The notes: a model not told the origin generated them from the letters alone. Positions 27,687 to 35,986 are shown, numbered from the stretch's first letter. The stretch is 64,000 nt of DNA from Myxococcota bacterium (GCA_024276675.1 JAJRWT010000046.1:17433-81432); one strand, 5' to 3'. Made by a program: numbers and translations.

Positions 27687-29531
27687 ATGAGCCATGCCCC
27701 AGGTGGCCAAGCTCCCTTTTCTTTGAGACCATACCGAATCCGGCCAACCCGAGAGGTACAGTTGAAACTCAACCCAGATGTGGCGCAGCAGCAAGTTTCC
27801 ACCAATATCCTGCAACTCATCCTGGAGAGCGCCGCCGGGCCCCTGGAAGATCTTCCCCCCAACTACATGGACATCTTCCTGAAGCCTCGCGAATCCTATG
27901 AACCTTCGCCCGACGAGGTCGTGGTTGTCCGGCGAGGTCGCTGCGACATCCTGAGAAACGGCCGATACCACATGCGGACCCGCTCAGTACAAGTGCTGGG
28001 CCTCACCGACGTGGATCCCGTGATCATGGGGTTGTTGAAGATAATCGCGATCGATCCCGCACATTTGATAGTCATCGAGCGTGAAGTGTTGCTGGATCTA
28101 CTCACGGGGGGCCGATCCGGGGACGAAGGTTTTCGCTGCCTGAGGGAGCTTCAGCGCTGGGAGTTGGCCAGCCTGCGCATCAAGCTCAACAAGCGGGAAA
28201 GCGACCTGCGCGACTACTTCCTGCCCGGTTTCGCCGGGATGGTCCCCGGGCCCTACCTGGCCGAGGACGTGGAGGTCATATTCTTCTTGATGGAAGAAGA
28301 AAAGCCCCCGGCGGACCTGCCGCCGGGCCTTCACGGCTTCCCCCAGATTATCCCTCTCTTTCGCGATCTGCCTCGCCGTTATGTCTTCGCCTTCAATCGC
28401 TTCAACAAGATCACATCCCGGCACGAGCTGGGAATGGGAAAGAGCTTCTCCTACGAAGAAGCCGCCATCCTTCGCCCCTGTCTCGGACCCGGGAACCTGC
28501 CCGGCGCCTTCTGCCCCGAGGTGTATCCCGAACACTACCTCGCCATTACCCTTGGTCGCGAACTCTACGGCTTTCCCAAGCGTTTCGCCAAGGTACGGTT
28601 CTGGGACGAGGCCATGTCCAGGGCGGAGACTCCCGATGTGCCTGGGGCCGACTACGCCCCGGGCCCTGCGGGGCGGGGACCGGGCAGTTCTCCGGATGGT
28701 CTCCCCGCCATGGGCCCGCGCCCTCCAGGCCCTCCCCACGGGGGTCCACCACCGCCCAGGGATGGCCGCGGGCGCCCCCCGGGCCCTCCCCACGGGGGTC
28801 CACCACCGCCCAGGGATGGCCGCGGGCGCCCCCCGGGCCCTCCATCCGGCCGAGCAGGGGAAGCCCCCGAGCCAGGTCCAGGCCCTCGCCCGAAACGCCA
28901 TCCGCGTTCATCGAAATACGACCTGCCAACCCCGTCCCACACCTTCCTTCCCCCCCCTCCGGCGGCCCTGGAGCGAAACCGCAGCGCCAACTTCCTGGTG
29001 CTGGACGGCGCACTGGTCATGGAAGCTCGTTGGCAGGGACTACAGGCTCTCTCCTTGAAAGACTATGGGCGCCGGGTGGTGGAGACCGTGCTGGGTGAGC
29101 ACATGGGGGTGGATCTTACCGCCAACCTGGTCTCCGGCTGGCTGGATCTGTTCTTTGGGGAAGGCCCCAGCAAGTACGGATTCTTCAGGCAACTCGCCAG
29201 GAAGGTGCCCCTGCCCCTGCCCGTGTTCATCCGCCAGAGAATTCCCCTCACCGGCCCCACCAGCCACCTCGTCTACAAGACTGATCGGCTGAATTCCGTC
29301 TTTTTCCGGGTTCACAGCCTGGAAAGTTGCCGTGAGCTGATAAACCCCGAGGTCATCTTCCATCCGGGCAACCTGCCGGTTGGGGGGCGTTGCCTGGGCG
29401 GATTCAGCGTCAAGCTTTCCTTCGAGTTCGGCAGGCCCATCACCCTGCGAAGGTACGACAGGACGGCGCCACTGGACGGTGCGGCCCTGCACATGTGGGA
29501 AAAGTTGAGCCCGGGCAAAAACCACCGATAG
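27687..29531 (+). CDS. acetoacetate-decarboxylase (ADC)-like fold protein with N-terminal extension and Pro/Gly/Arg-rich insertion
   Basis: YEEAAILRPC...YPEHYLAITLGRELYGFPKRFAKVRF matches the ADC-family GREIxGFPK core. A low-complexity insert of about 130 aa, containing a perfect 54-bp duplication, splits the domain. Confidence 0.55.
   Translation: MSHAPGGQAPFSLRPYRIRPTREVQLKLNPDVAQQQVSTNILQLILESAAGPLEDLPPNYMDIFLKPRESYEPSPDEVVVVRRGRCDILRNGRYHMRTRSVQVLGLTDVDPVIMGLLKIIAIDPAHLIVIEREVLLDLLTGGRSGDEGFRCLRELQRWELASLRIKLNKRESDLRDYFLPGFAGMVPGPYLAEDVEVIFFLMEEEKPPADLPPGLHGFPQIIPLFRDLPRRYVFAFNRFNKITSRHELGMGKSFSYEEAAILRPCLGPGNLPGAFCPEVYPEHYLAITLGRELYGFPKRFAKVRFWDEAMSRAETPDVPGADYAPGPAGRGPGSSPDGLPAMGPRPPGPPHGGPPPPRDGRGRPPGPPHGGPPPPRDGRGRPPGPPSGRAGEAPEPGPGPRPKRHPRSSKYDLPTPSHTFLPPPPAALERNRSANFLVLDGALVMEARWQGLQALSLKDYGRRVVETVLGEHMGVDLTANLVSGWLDLFFGEGPSKYGFFRQLARKVPLPLPVFIRQRIPLTGPTSHLVYKTDRLNSVFFRVHSLESCRELINPEVIFHPGNLPVGGRCLGGFSVKLSFEFGRPITLRRYDRTAPLDGAALHMWEKLSPGKNHR
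28728..28843 (+). repeat. 54-bp perfect tandem duplication (2 copies plus 8 bp), codes GPPHGGPPPPRDGRGRPP
   Basis: Copies at 28728-28781 and 28782-28835 are identical by direct comparison. A third copy starts at 28836 and diverges after 8 bp. Confidence 0.95.
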
Positions 29532-29568
29532 CCCGGACAGGTGCGGCGCATGCGCTGGGATGGGCCTT

Positions 29569-31176
29569 CTATCCCGTGTCGGCGCCGGAATCGGCTCCTG
29601 TTCCGGGAACCATGGAAAGCTGCCAGTAGTGGATGGTCCAGGGAGGAAAACTGCCGGTGACTTCGAGGACGCCGTTCATGTCGGCGTTGATCTTCTTGGT
29701 TTCGATGGGCTGGTAGTCAGATGTGGTGGAGTCCACTGCGCGGATGATGGCCAACCAGGTGGAGTAGGGGTCGAGACCGGTGAAGGTGGCCGTATAGGTC
29801 TTGACCTGGTCGGCTTGCAGTTGTTCCGCCCAGTAGGAAACCACCAGCCCCAGCTTCTTGATCTTTTCTGTTGTGCCCGCCAGGAAGGTGACCTTGTGCT
29901 GGTCAACGGGGTTTGCCCTCAAGCGTATGGGGGTTCGGCCCTGCATGTCACGCATCATGAGCCAGGAAAAATAGGCGGGGCGCGGAGTGGAGTCCAGGTC
30001 CAGGTAGTTGGTGTCGTCACAATCCTTGAACGAGGCCATGGTGTCGCCGTCACCCAGGGGCCTCTGGCTTGCCCTGAACACGAACATGCGCTCCACCCGC
30101 CCCTGGAGAGCGGTTTTGACCTGGATGTTGTGGGATGCGTAGAACGCGCTGATTGCGTCTTTGTCGGTGTCTTCCAGTCCGCGAGTGTTCCACTCGGTCA
30201 GCCAGATGGGCGTCTTGTCAAAACCGGCGTCGTCCAGGCGTTCCCTGACATTCTGTGCGGTCTCGAATTGTTCGAGGTAGTCGCCGTAGAGGTGGTAGCT
30301 GAAGATGTTGAGGTTGACATCGTTCTCGCGCAGATAGCCTAGAAATGACTCCACAAGCCAGAAATCACTGGAGTAGTCATCTTCGTATCCTGTCTCGGGG
30401 TCGATGGGGTTTGCAAAACCCACAACCTTGACATTCCGCCCGGTGTCCTGGTTGTACTGGTCGATTGCCCTGGACAGGGCTGCGAATGCAATCCAGCATG
30501 TGTGGTAGTCATCGCGTTGATAGAGCAGGGATTTGAAGGGTTCGTTGAGGAATTCGACGTACTCTACGTTCCAGTCATGCCCATCGGCCCAGCCATCATT
30601 GAAATGGGCCAGGACGTGCCGTATGACATCGGCCCACTTGTCCAGGTCCGCCGGGGCCTGCCCTTCGTGGAAACAAGACTGGCTGTGCCAGGAATCGGTG
30701 TCGCCGATGTCGTAGGTGGCCTGCCAGAGCGGCACGGCCCCGGACTTGATGATGAACTCCATTGAACGGTCGATGTTGGCGAAGTTGTAGGAGCTGGTGG
30801 AGTCCACGGGGGCGTCGGGATCCGGGAATATTCCCGCCAGGGAGTAGTCCCCTCCATCGCCCACTGGGATTCGTGCCATCGGAACCTGGGCGAGCTGATA
30901 CTTGCCCACGAGGGGCGAGCAGAATGGATTCATGGCCGCGGGGCTGCCGTGGACGCTGTTGAACGAACTGAGCTTGCCCACGCCGAGGGATGTGTCGATC
31001 ACGGTGGAAACATACTGCCCGTAGAGCGTCTGTTGAAAAAAATCCTCGGAAACGAAGGCCTTGTTGCTGGTGTCGATTCCACCGGCAGCCGAGTCGGAAC
31101 CCAGTCCCGTACCGGAGATATCGGGAGGATGGTCTCTGCTGAAACACGCCAGAAGAAAACAGGTCAGAAAAACCAT
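29569..31176 (-). CDS. clan GH-A glycoside hydrolase lipoprotein (GH39/GH5-like)
   Basis: ATG 31176 gives MVFLTCFLLAC, a lipobox signal. A longer alternative start lies at 31344. YVEFLNEPF is an NEP acid/base motif, and PIWLTEWN is a candidate nucleophile Glu. Confidence 0.65.
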   Translation of the reverse strand: MVFLTCFLLACFSRDHPPDISGTGLGSDSAAGGIDTSNKAFVSEDFFQQTLYGQYVSTVIDTSLGVGKLSSFNSVHGSPAAMNPFCSPLVGKYQLAQVPMARIPVGDGGDYSLAGIFPDPDAPVDSTSSYNFANIDRSMEFIIKSGAVPLWQATYDIGDTDSWHSQSCFHEGQAPADLDKWADVIRHVLAHFNDGWADGHDWNVEYVEFLNEPFKSLLYQRDDYHTCWIAFAALSRAIDQYNQDTGRNVKVVGFANPIDPETGYEDDYSSDFWLVESFLGYLRENDVNLNIFSYHLYGDYLEQFETAQNVRERLDDAGFDKTPIWLTEWNTRGLEDTDKDAISAFYASHNIQVKTALQGRVERMFVFRASQRPLGDGDTMASFKDCDDTNYLDLDSTPRPAYFSWLMMRDMQGRTPIRLRANPVDQHKVTFLAGTTEKIKKLGLVVSYWAEQLQADQVKTYTATFTGLDPYSTWLAIIRAVDSTTSDYQPIETKKINADMNGVLEVTGSFPPWTIHYWQLSMVPGTGADSGADTG

Positions 31177-31479
31177 GGGCAGTATTCTGTAGGCCGTAGG
31201 GGAAAAGGCTGCCGAAGGCTGCCGGCTCACGCCGTCGCGAGGGGCGTTCCGCAGCAGGCATAAGCCTTCCCGACGGATCCTATCAATAAGAGTCCCCAGC
31301 CAAAGCGGCAAAATCGCCGTTTTCCGGAAACCCGTGGAAGACATCCAAACCTCCTTGCTCTTGTGCTACCCTGATAATACCTTCAACAGTTGCAACCCAC
31401 CCGTGAGATCCTGTGAGTGGGCAGATCATGTACAGGTTCTCCGCTATTTGTCCGAGCATCAGGTTTTTGGGGAGTGCGT

Positions 31480-32613
31480 GTGTTCAACGCCATAGAACGT
31501 TCGAATATTTCATTGCTGCTTTTCTCTCTGGGACTCCACCTGTTGGCAACGGGTTGCCAGTCAGCTCCTCCTTCGACCGATTCCGGATGCGATTCCGGCG
31601 ACACCTCCCCCTGCACAGACGACACCTCCCGACGGGATACCTCCACTACCGACACCGCACCGGAATATCCAGACAAAGACGGCGACGGCTACACCGCCGA
31701 TGTGGATTGCGACGACGGCGATCCGGCGGTCTATCCGGGCCTGGACCAGGACGGCGATGGCTACGATGTCTGCTTTCCCGACTGCGATGACACCGATCCC
31801 ACGGTCCTGAGCGTCTGTCTTGCCGTCGTGGAGGCGGGGAGCTTCGTCATGGGGAGCCCCGAAACCGAAGTTGGCCGATGGATCGACGAAACCCAGCACA
31901 TGGTAACGCTCACCCGGAACTTCTACGTGGGGATATGGGAGATCACCCAGGAACAGTTCGAACACTTCGCCGGGTACCAACCAAGCTACTTCGCCGGGTG
32001 TCCTACCTGCCCCGTAGAGACCATCAACTGGCACGAGGCCGCTGCCTTGACCAACGCCATTTCCGAGGCAGCCCACCTGGACCGGTGCTACCAGTGCGTC
32101 GGGAGCGGTTCTTCTTCGGAATGCAGCCCCGACCCGTCTTTTGCCACCATCTACGACTGCCCCGGCTACAGGCTTCCCACCGAAGCAGAGTGGGAGTACG
32201 CCGCCAGGGCTGGTGAAACCGCCGCCTTCAGCAACGGCGGAAGTCTCTCTATCGGTACCGAAAACGACTGTGGCGGCGCCCTGGAACTCGACAACGGCGC
32301 TCTGTTGGACGACGTCGCCTGGTATTGTGGGAACAGCGAAGGCAGCACCCGGCCAGTCGCTCAACTGGCCCCCAATGCCTGGGGCCTTTTTGACACCAAT
32401 GGGAGTGTGTGGGAGTGGGTGGACGACTGGTATGATCTGTACGCTGGCGACGAGGTGGACCCGGTGGGGCCATCGTCCGGCTACCTGAAATCAAAGCGAA
32501 GCGGTTCCTGGAACTTCGATCCCTACTACTCGCGTTTTGCAATTCGCGACAGCTACAACCCCACCGCATCGTACTACTACACGGGTGTTCGTGTGGCCCG
32601 CACGGTTCCATGA
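31480..32613 (+). CDS. FGE/SUMF1-family (formylglycine-generating-enzyme-like) lipoprotein with MopE-like motif
   Basis: GTG 31480 after GGGAG gives MFNAIERSNISLLLFSLGLHLLATGC. The track start is 31417. Motifs [49 protein letters not shown] and RSGSW. Confidence 0.8.
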   Translation: MFNAIERSNISLLLFSLGLHLLATGCQSAPPSTDSGCDSGDTSPCTDDTSRRDTSTTDTAPEYPDKDGDGYTADVDCDDGDPAVYPGLDQDGDGYDVCFPDCDDTDPTVLSVCLAVVEAGSFVMGSPETEVGRWIDETQHMVTLTRNFYVGIWEITQEQFEHFAGYQPSYFAGCPTCPVETINWHEAAALTNAISEAAHLDRCYQCVGSGSSSECSPDPSFATIYDCPGYRLPTEAEWEYAARAGETAAFSNGGSLSIGTENDCGGALELDNGALLDDVAWYCGNSEGSTRPVAQLAPNAWGLFDTNGSVWEWVDDWYDLYAGDEVDPVGPSSGYLKSKRSGSWNFDPYYSRFAIRDSYNPTASYYYTGVRVARTVP

Positions 32614-32993
32614 CAACAGCCGCGAGATGGGGCCAGGACGAAAGGGCAGGTGTCGACCTTTCGTAGCCGCTGCACGACTCCGAACTGTCTTTGGGCACAG
32701 CCCGACCTCACTTCTCACCGCAGTTCGGCTTGTCGTTTCCAGCGCTGTTCCCCGCGATGGCCGCAGGTCTACATTGGCGCGGGCTTCGCCGGTGCCAGCC
32801 CGACCAGGTGCTGAAGCTGCAAACGGACAAGAACAGACCGTCTCTTCCAAGAACCTGTTGCCGTAGGGTCGCATGTGTCTACGTTCGCCGTCATCGAGTT
32901 CAAGGAGGTGAAGCCTTGTTGACAGTTGCCGCACGAACCTGGCAAATGACGGCGGGGACTGGTAAAAGTAGAATGTGATGGAAGGAGCCACTG

Positions 32994-33221
32994 ATGAACT
33001 GGCGCGAGCACATCTCAGTCGATCCGCAAGTCTGCCACGGAAAGCCGTGCGTGGCCGGAACGCGTGTCATGATATCAGTCATCCTGGACAATCTCGCCGC
33101 CGGTCAGTCGGTCGAGGAGATCCTTGGGTCGTACCCGGCGGTGACGGACGAGGCAGTCTGGGCAACGCTGGCCTACGCGGCCGACCTCGCCCGCGAGAGG
33201 CTCGTGCCGCTGTCGGCGTAA
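32994..33221 (+). CDS. DUF433-family protein (putative antitoxin)
   Basis: AAGGAG RBS. ISVDPQVCHGKPCVAGTRVMISVILDNLAAGQSVEEILGSYPAVTDEAVWATLAYA matches the DUF433 pattern. Confidence 0.8.
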   Translation: MNWREHISVDPQVCHGKPCVAGTRVMISVILDNLAAGQSVEEILGSYPAVTDEAVWATLAYAADLARERLVPLSA

Positions 33222-33227
33222 GTCGTC

Positions 33228-33581
33228 ATGAGATTCAAGGTCGACGAGAACCTCCCCGCTCAGTGCGTCGGTCAGTTCCGATAGGCCGGGCATGACGCGG
33301 TGTCGGTACACGACCAAGGGCTCACCGGCTCACCAGATCCACGGATCGCCGAGGTCTGCGCGGATGAACGACGCGTGCTCGTGTCGCTGGACCTCGACTT
33401 CGCGGACATTCGGTCGTACCCACCGTCGGAGTCGCCTGGCATCATTGTATTCCGCTTGAGAAGTCAGGATGCGACAACTCTCCGACGCGTTGTCGGTCGT
33501 CTACTGGGCCTGCTCCCCGACGAGTCCCCGGTTGGTAGGCTCTGGGTGGTGGAAGAAGACAAGGTAAGGATCCGTGAGTAG
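33228..33581 (+). pseudogene. DUF5615 (PIN-like, Mut7-C-like) putative toxin gene interrupted by in-frame TAG
   Basis: ATG 33228 gives MRFKVDENLPAQCVGQFR-[TAG 33282-33284]-AGHDAVSVHDQGLTGSPDPRIAEVC...SLDLDFADI. The whole reading matches DUF5615 across the stop. The track only reports the GTG-restart fragment at 33300-33581. Confidence 0.75.
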
Positions 33582-33657
33582 TGGCGTACTGGCGAACAAG
33601 CCGCTCACCCGCCGGTCGGCTTCGCCGCCCGCAGGTGAGCGGCATGGCGTTGGACGG

Positions 33658-33867
33658 ACCCTCGGGCCCATAGTGGTTCACGAGGTTCTTCATGAATGCG
33701 GGCTTCGGGTGGCCGGCGACCTCCGCCCCCATGGCAAGTGACACGCGTCCTTCCTCGAACCGAGCAACGGCCAGCAGGAGACGTGCCTCTCCCTAAGACA
33801 CGTCGTCTGGCAGTCGAAACGTACGGATGTGGGCGAGCGGCCGCAAAGTCCTGATTCGACCAAGCAT
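33658..33867 (-). pseudogene. UPF0175-like antitoxin remnant with in-frame TAG
   Basis: Minus-strand reading MLGRIRTLRPLAHIRTFRLPDDVS-[TAG 33795-33793]-GEARLLLAVARFEEGRVSLAMGAEVAGHPKPAFMKNL. It resembles the UPF0175 pattern (LPDDV ... LAVxLFEEGxxSLGxAAELAG). The C-terminal part does not fit, and no partner toxin gene is present. Confidence 0.3.
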
Positions 33868-33950
33868 CGCTCTGGGCTCAGCGACGTCAGGCAATCCTCG
33901 GGGTCGGCGGCCGTCCAGGCGCTTGTAGCCACGACCCTCCGCCCGCCGAC

Positions 33951-33979
33951 TTGCCATTCAGAACTCGCGCTGTTACTAT
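33951..33979 (+). promoter_or_regulatory. sigma-70-like promoter of phd-vapC (TTGCCA-17 nt-TACTAT)
   Basis: TTGCCA at 33951-33956, an exact 17-nt spacer, then TACTAT at 33974-33979. This is 35 nt upstream of the phd ATG. Confidence 0.5.
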
Positions 33980-33983
33980 TCTG

Positions 33984-33998
33984 TCTAGACGGTCTAGA
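33984..33998. promoter_or_regulatory. perfect 7-1-7 palindrome (TCTAGAC-G-GTCTAGA), candidate TA operator
   Basis: It lies between the -10 box and the AAAGGAGG RBS of phd, the position expected for an autoregulatory operator of a type II TA operon. Confidence 0.5.
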
Positions 33999-34013
33999 TG
34001 AAAGGAGGCGGTC

Positions 34014-34259
34014 ATGGGCTCCTGGCAGTTGCACGACGCCAAGAACAGGCTGAGCCAAGTGATCGCGGAAGCGAGAGACGCGGCCCAGATCATCACCGTC
34101 CGCGGACAAGAAACAGCGGTCATCCTCTCGATGGACGAGTATCGCCGCCTGACCAAGCCCCGCAAGAGCCTCGTTGCGTTCCTGAGAGGGTCACCGCTCG
34201 CGGGTGTGGAACTCGACATCCAACGGACTGACGATCTGGGTCGGGGGGTGGACCTGTGA
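34014..34259 (+). CDS. phd: Phd/YefM-family type II antitoxin
   Basis: AAAGGAGG RBS. MGSWQLHDAKNRLSQVIAEARDAAQIITVRGQETAVILSMDEYRRL is the Phd/YefM N-terminal pattern. The stop overlaps the vapC start (GTGA). Confidence 0.85.
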   Translation: MGSWQLHDAKNRLSQVIAEARDAAQIITVRGQETAVILSMDEYRRLTKPRKSLVAFLRGSPLAGVELDIQRTDDLGRGVDL

Positions 34260-34681
34260 GCTTCCTCCTGGACACCTGCGTCCTGTCGGAAACCCTACGA
34301 CCCTTGCCTGAGACCGCGGTGCTCGAGTGGCTCGAGGCCCAGGATGAGCCTCGGCTGTACATGAGCGTCTTGTCCCTCGGGGAACTCCAGAAGGGAATCG
34401 CGAAGCTCGAAGACGGCCGACGCAAGAGCGAACTGGTAGAATGGGTGGACCAAGCCCTCGTGCCCCGGTTCGGACGCCGCCTGCTGCCAATCGATCCCGC
34501 CGTAGCGTCTGCGTGGGGGCGTCTCACGGCTCAGTCCGAAAGACGAGGAACGCCGGTTCCCGTGATAGATGGCCTGATCGCTGCGACCGCCCAGGTCCAC
34601 GAACTAGCTGTCGTGACGCGCAACGTGAAGGACTTCGCGAAACTCGATGTTGCGATCATTGACCCGTGGACGAACGCGTAG
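34256..34681 (+). CDS. vapC: PIN-domain ribonuclease toxin VapC (FitB-like)
   Basis: LLDTCVLSE...SVLSLGELQKG...IDGLIAATAQVHELAVVTRNVKDF...IDPW carries the conserved PIN acidic residues. It is coupled to phd by a 4-nt overlap. Confidence 0.88.
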   Translation: MSFLLDTCVLSETLRPLPETAVLEWLEAQDEPRLYMSVLSLGELQKGIAKLEDGRRKSELVEWVDQALVPRFGRRLLPIDPAVASAWGRLTAQSERRGTPVPVIDGLIAATAQVHELAVVTRNVKDFAKLDVAIIDPWTNA

Positions 34682-35605
34682 AACACGGCCTACGTCGATC
34701 AGCGGCCGTCCAACAACGGGATGGAGCGGCCAACCGCCGTGACTCGAAGGCCTCGTGTCCAAAAGGGAAAACCTGGCTCGAAGGGCTCGTTCGACCCACG
34801 TTCGCGGCTGCCGCTCATCCCGAGCGCGTTGGGTCCGAGCCAAGGGCAACGTTGAAAAAAGTAGTAACGATGTGTTTTTGGGGGCCGAGTGTACTCATTG
34901 CTGCCCTTTTGAGTGGTGGCGAGCTTGCAGCGCTCTGTACTCTTGGAAGGATCTACTCCCGAAAGACGGGGTTGCTGGGTAGCCCGCCCGTGCAGCCAGT
35001 GGTTGATGTGCTTCGGCGGAGCAGAGTGGGAACTTGCAGGCCCGCAGGTCCTGGTTCTCCCGAACCCAGGTGATGATTTCGGACCGGCTCTCGGTTCGTC
35101 GCTGGTTACACGATCCGCGTGCTCCTGCTCCGGGGTGCCAGTCCGTGGCGTTGATGAGTACCCCAGTTTTGCGGAGAGGCGTACCTCCAGCAACGGAGCC
35201 TGGGGGCGAATGCTCTCGGCCTGTCCGGGCTCCAGAGCGCCTGCTCCGCTTTGGTGGCCGCGAGGTGGTACTCGCAGCGGCTTGGTACTCACCGGCTTAC
35301 GCCTGGCTGGCGGGTGGAGTTGGGGGCGCTACCCAGACGCCCCCCCATGATTGTAGGGACGTCTTCCAGTGCCACGATGTTATGGTGCTGCATTGTGGAG
35401 GTCAATGTTCTCTTGAGCCTCAGTGGCGGGTAGAGTCCTGGCCTGACAATTGCCTTGTTCCGACGGGCCTGCCCATCGGGCTTCATGGGAGTTGTCCAGC
35501 GCAAGGAGGTGGAGCCAGGCGCGGCGTTGTTTGCTGGACAACGGCCCGCTGAATAGGCTGGCACGTTCAATGCGTGAAAGGCGACGAGATGCGAAGGAGA
35601 CGGAT

Positions 35606-35986
35606 ATGAAGCGCGTAACGGGCATCGGTGGTATCTTTATCGCTGCAAGAGACCCCAAAGCGCTCTGCGCTTGGTACAAGGCCCACCTTGGTATAGATGT
35701 CCAAGATTGGGGCGGCACAGCATTCCGCTGGCTCGATGATGCCGGGGCTCCTCAGGCCGGCACGACCGTCTGGTCAGTCGGCGACGGCTCCAACTTTGCG
35801 CCGAGCAAGTCCACATTCATGGTCAACTACCGAGTAGATGACCTTCATGGTCTCCTGAGCGTTCTACGGACGGAGGGCTGCCAGGTGCTGGACAAAATCG
35901 AGGAGTCAGAATTTGGTAAGTTTGGCTGGGTGATGGATCCAGAAGGGAACAAGGTGGAGCTTTGGCAGCCACCGGCAGGCCAATGA
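35606..35986 (+). CDS. VOC-family (glyoxalase/bleomycin-resistance fold) protein
   Basis: AAGGAGA RBS. MKRVTGIGGIFIAARDPKALCAWYKAHLGI...FGKFGWVMDPEGNKVELWQP is a typical VOC pattern. The track start at 35450 is upstream and unsupported. Confidence 0.75.
   Translation: MKRVTGIGGIFIAARDPKALCAWYKAHLGIDVQDWGGTAFRWLDDAGAPQAGTTVWSVGDGSNFAPSKSTFMVNYRVDDLHGLLSVLRTEGCQVLDKIEESEFGKFGWVMDPEGNKVELWQPPAGQ

Noticed and set aside
32919-32974. TTGACA (32919) and TAGAAT (32969) upstream of the DUF433 gene as a promoter
   Set aside because: The two hexamers are about 44 nt apart, far from the 16-19 nt spacing. No acceptable -35 sits 17 nt upstream of TAGAAT.
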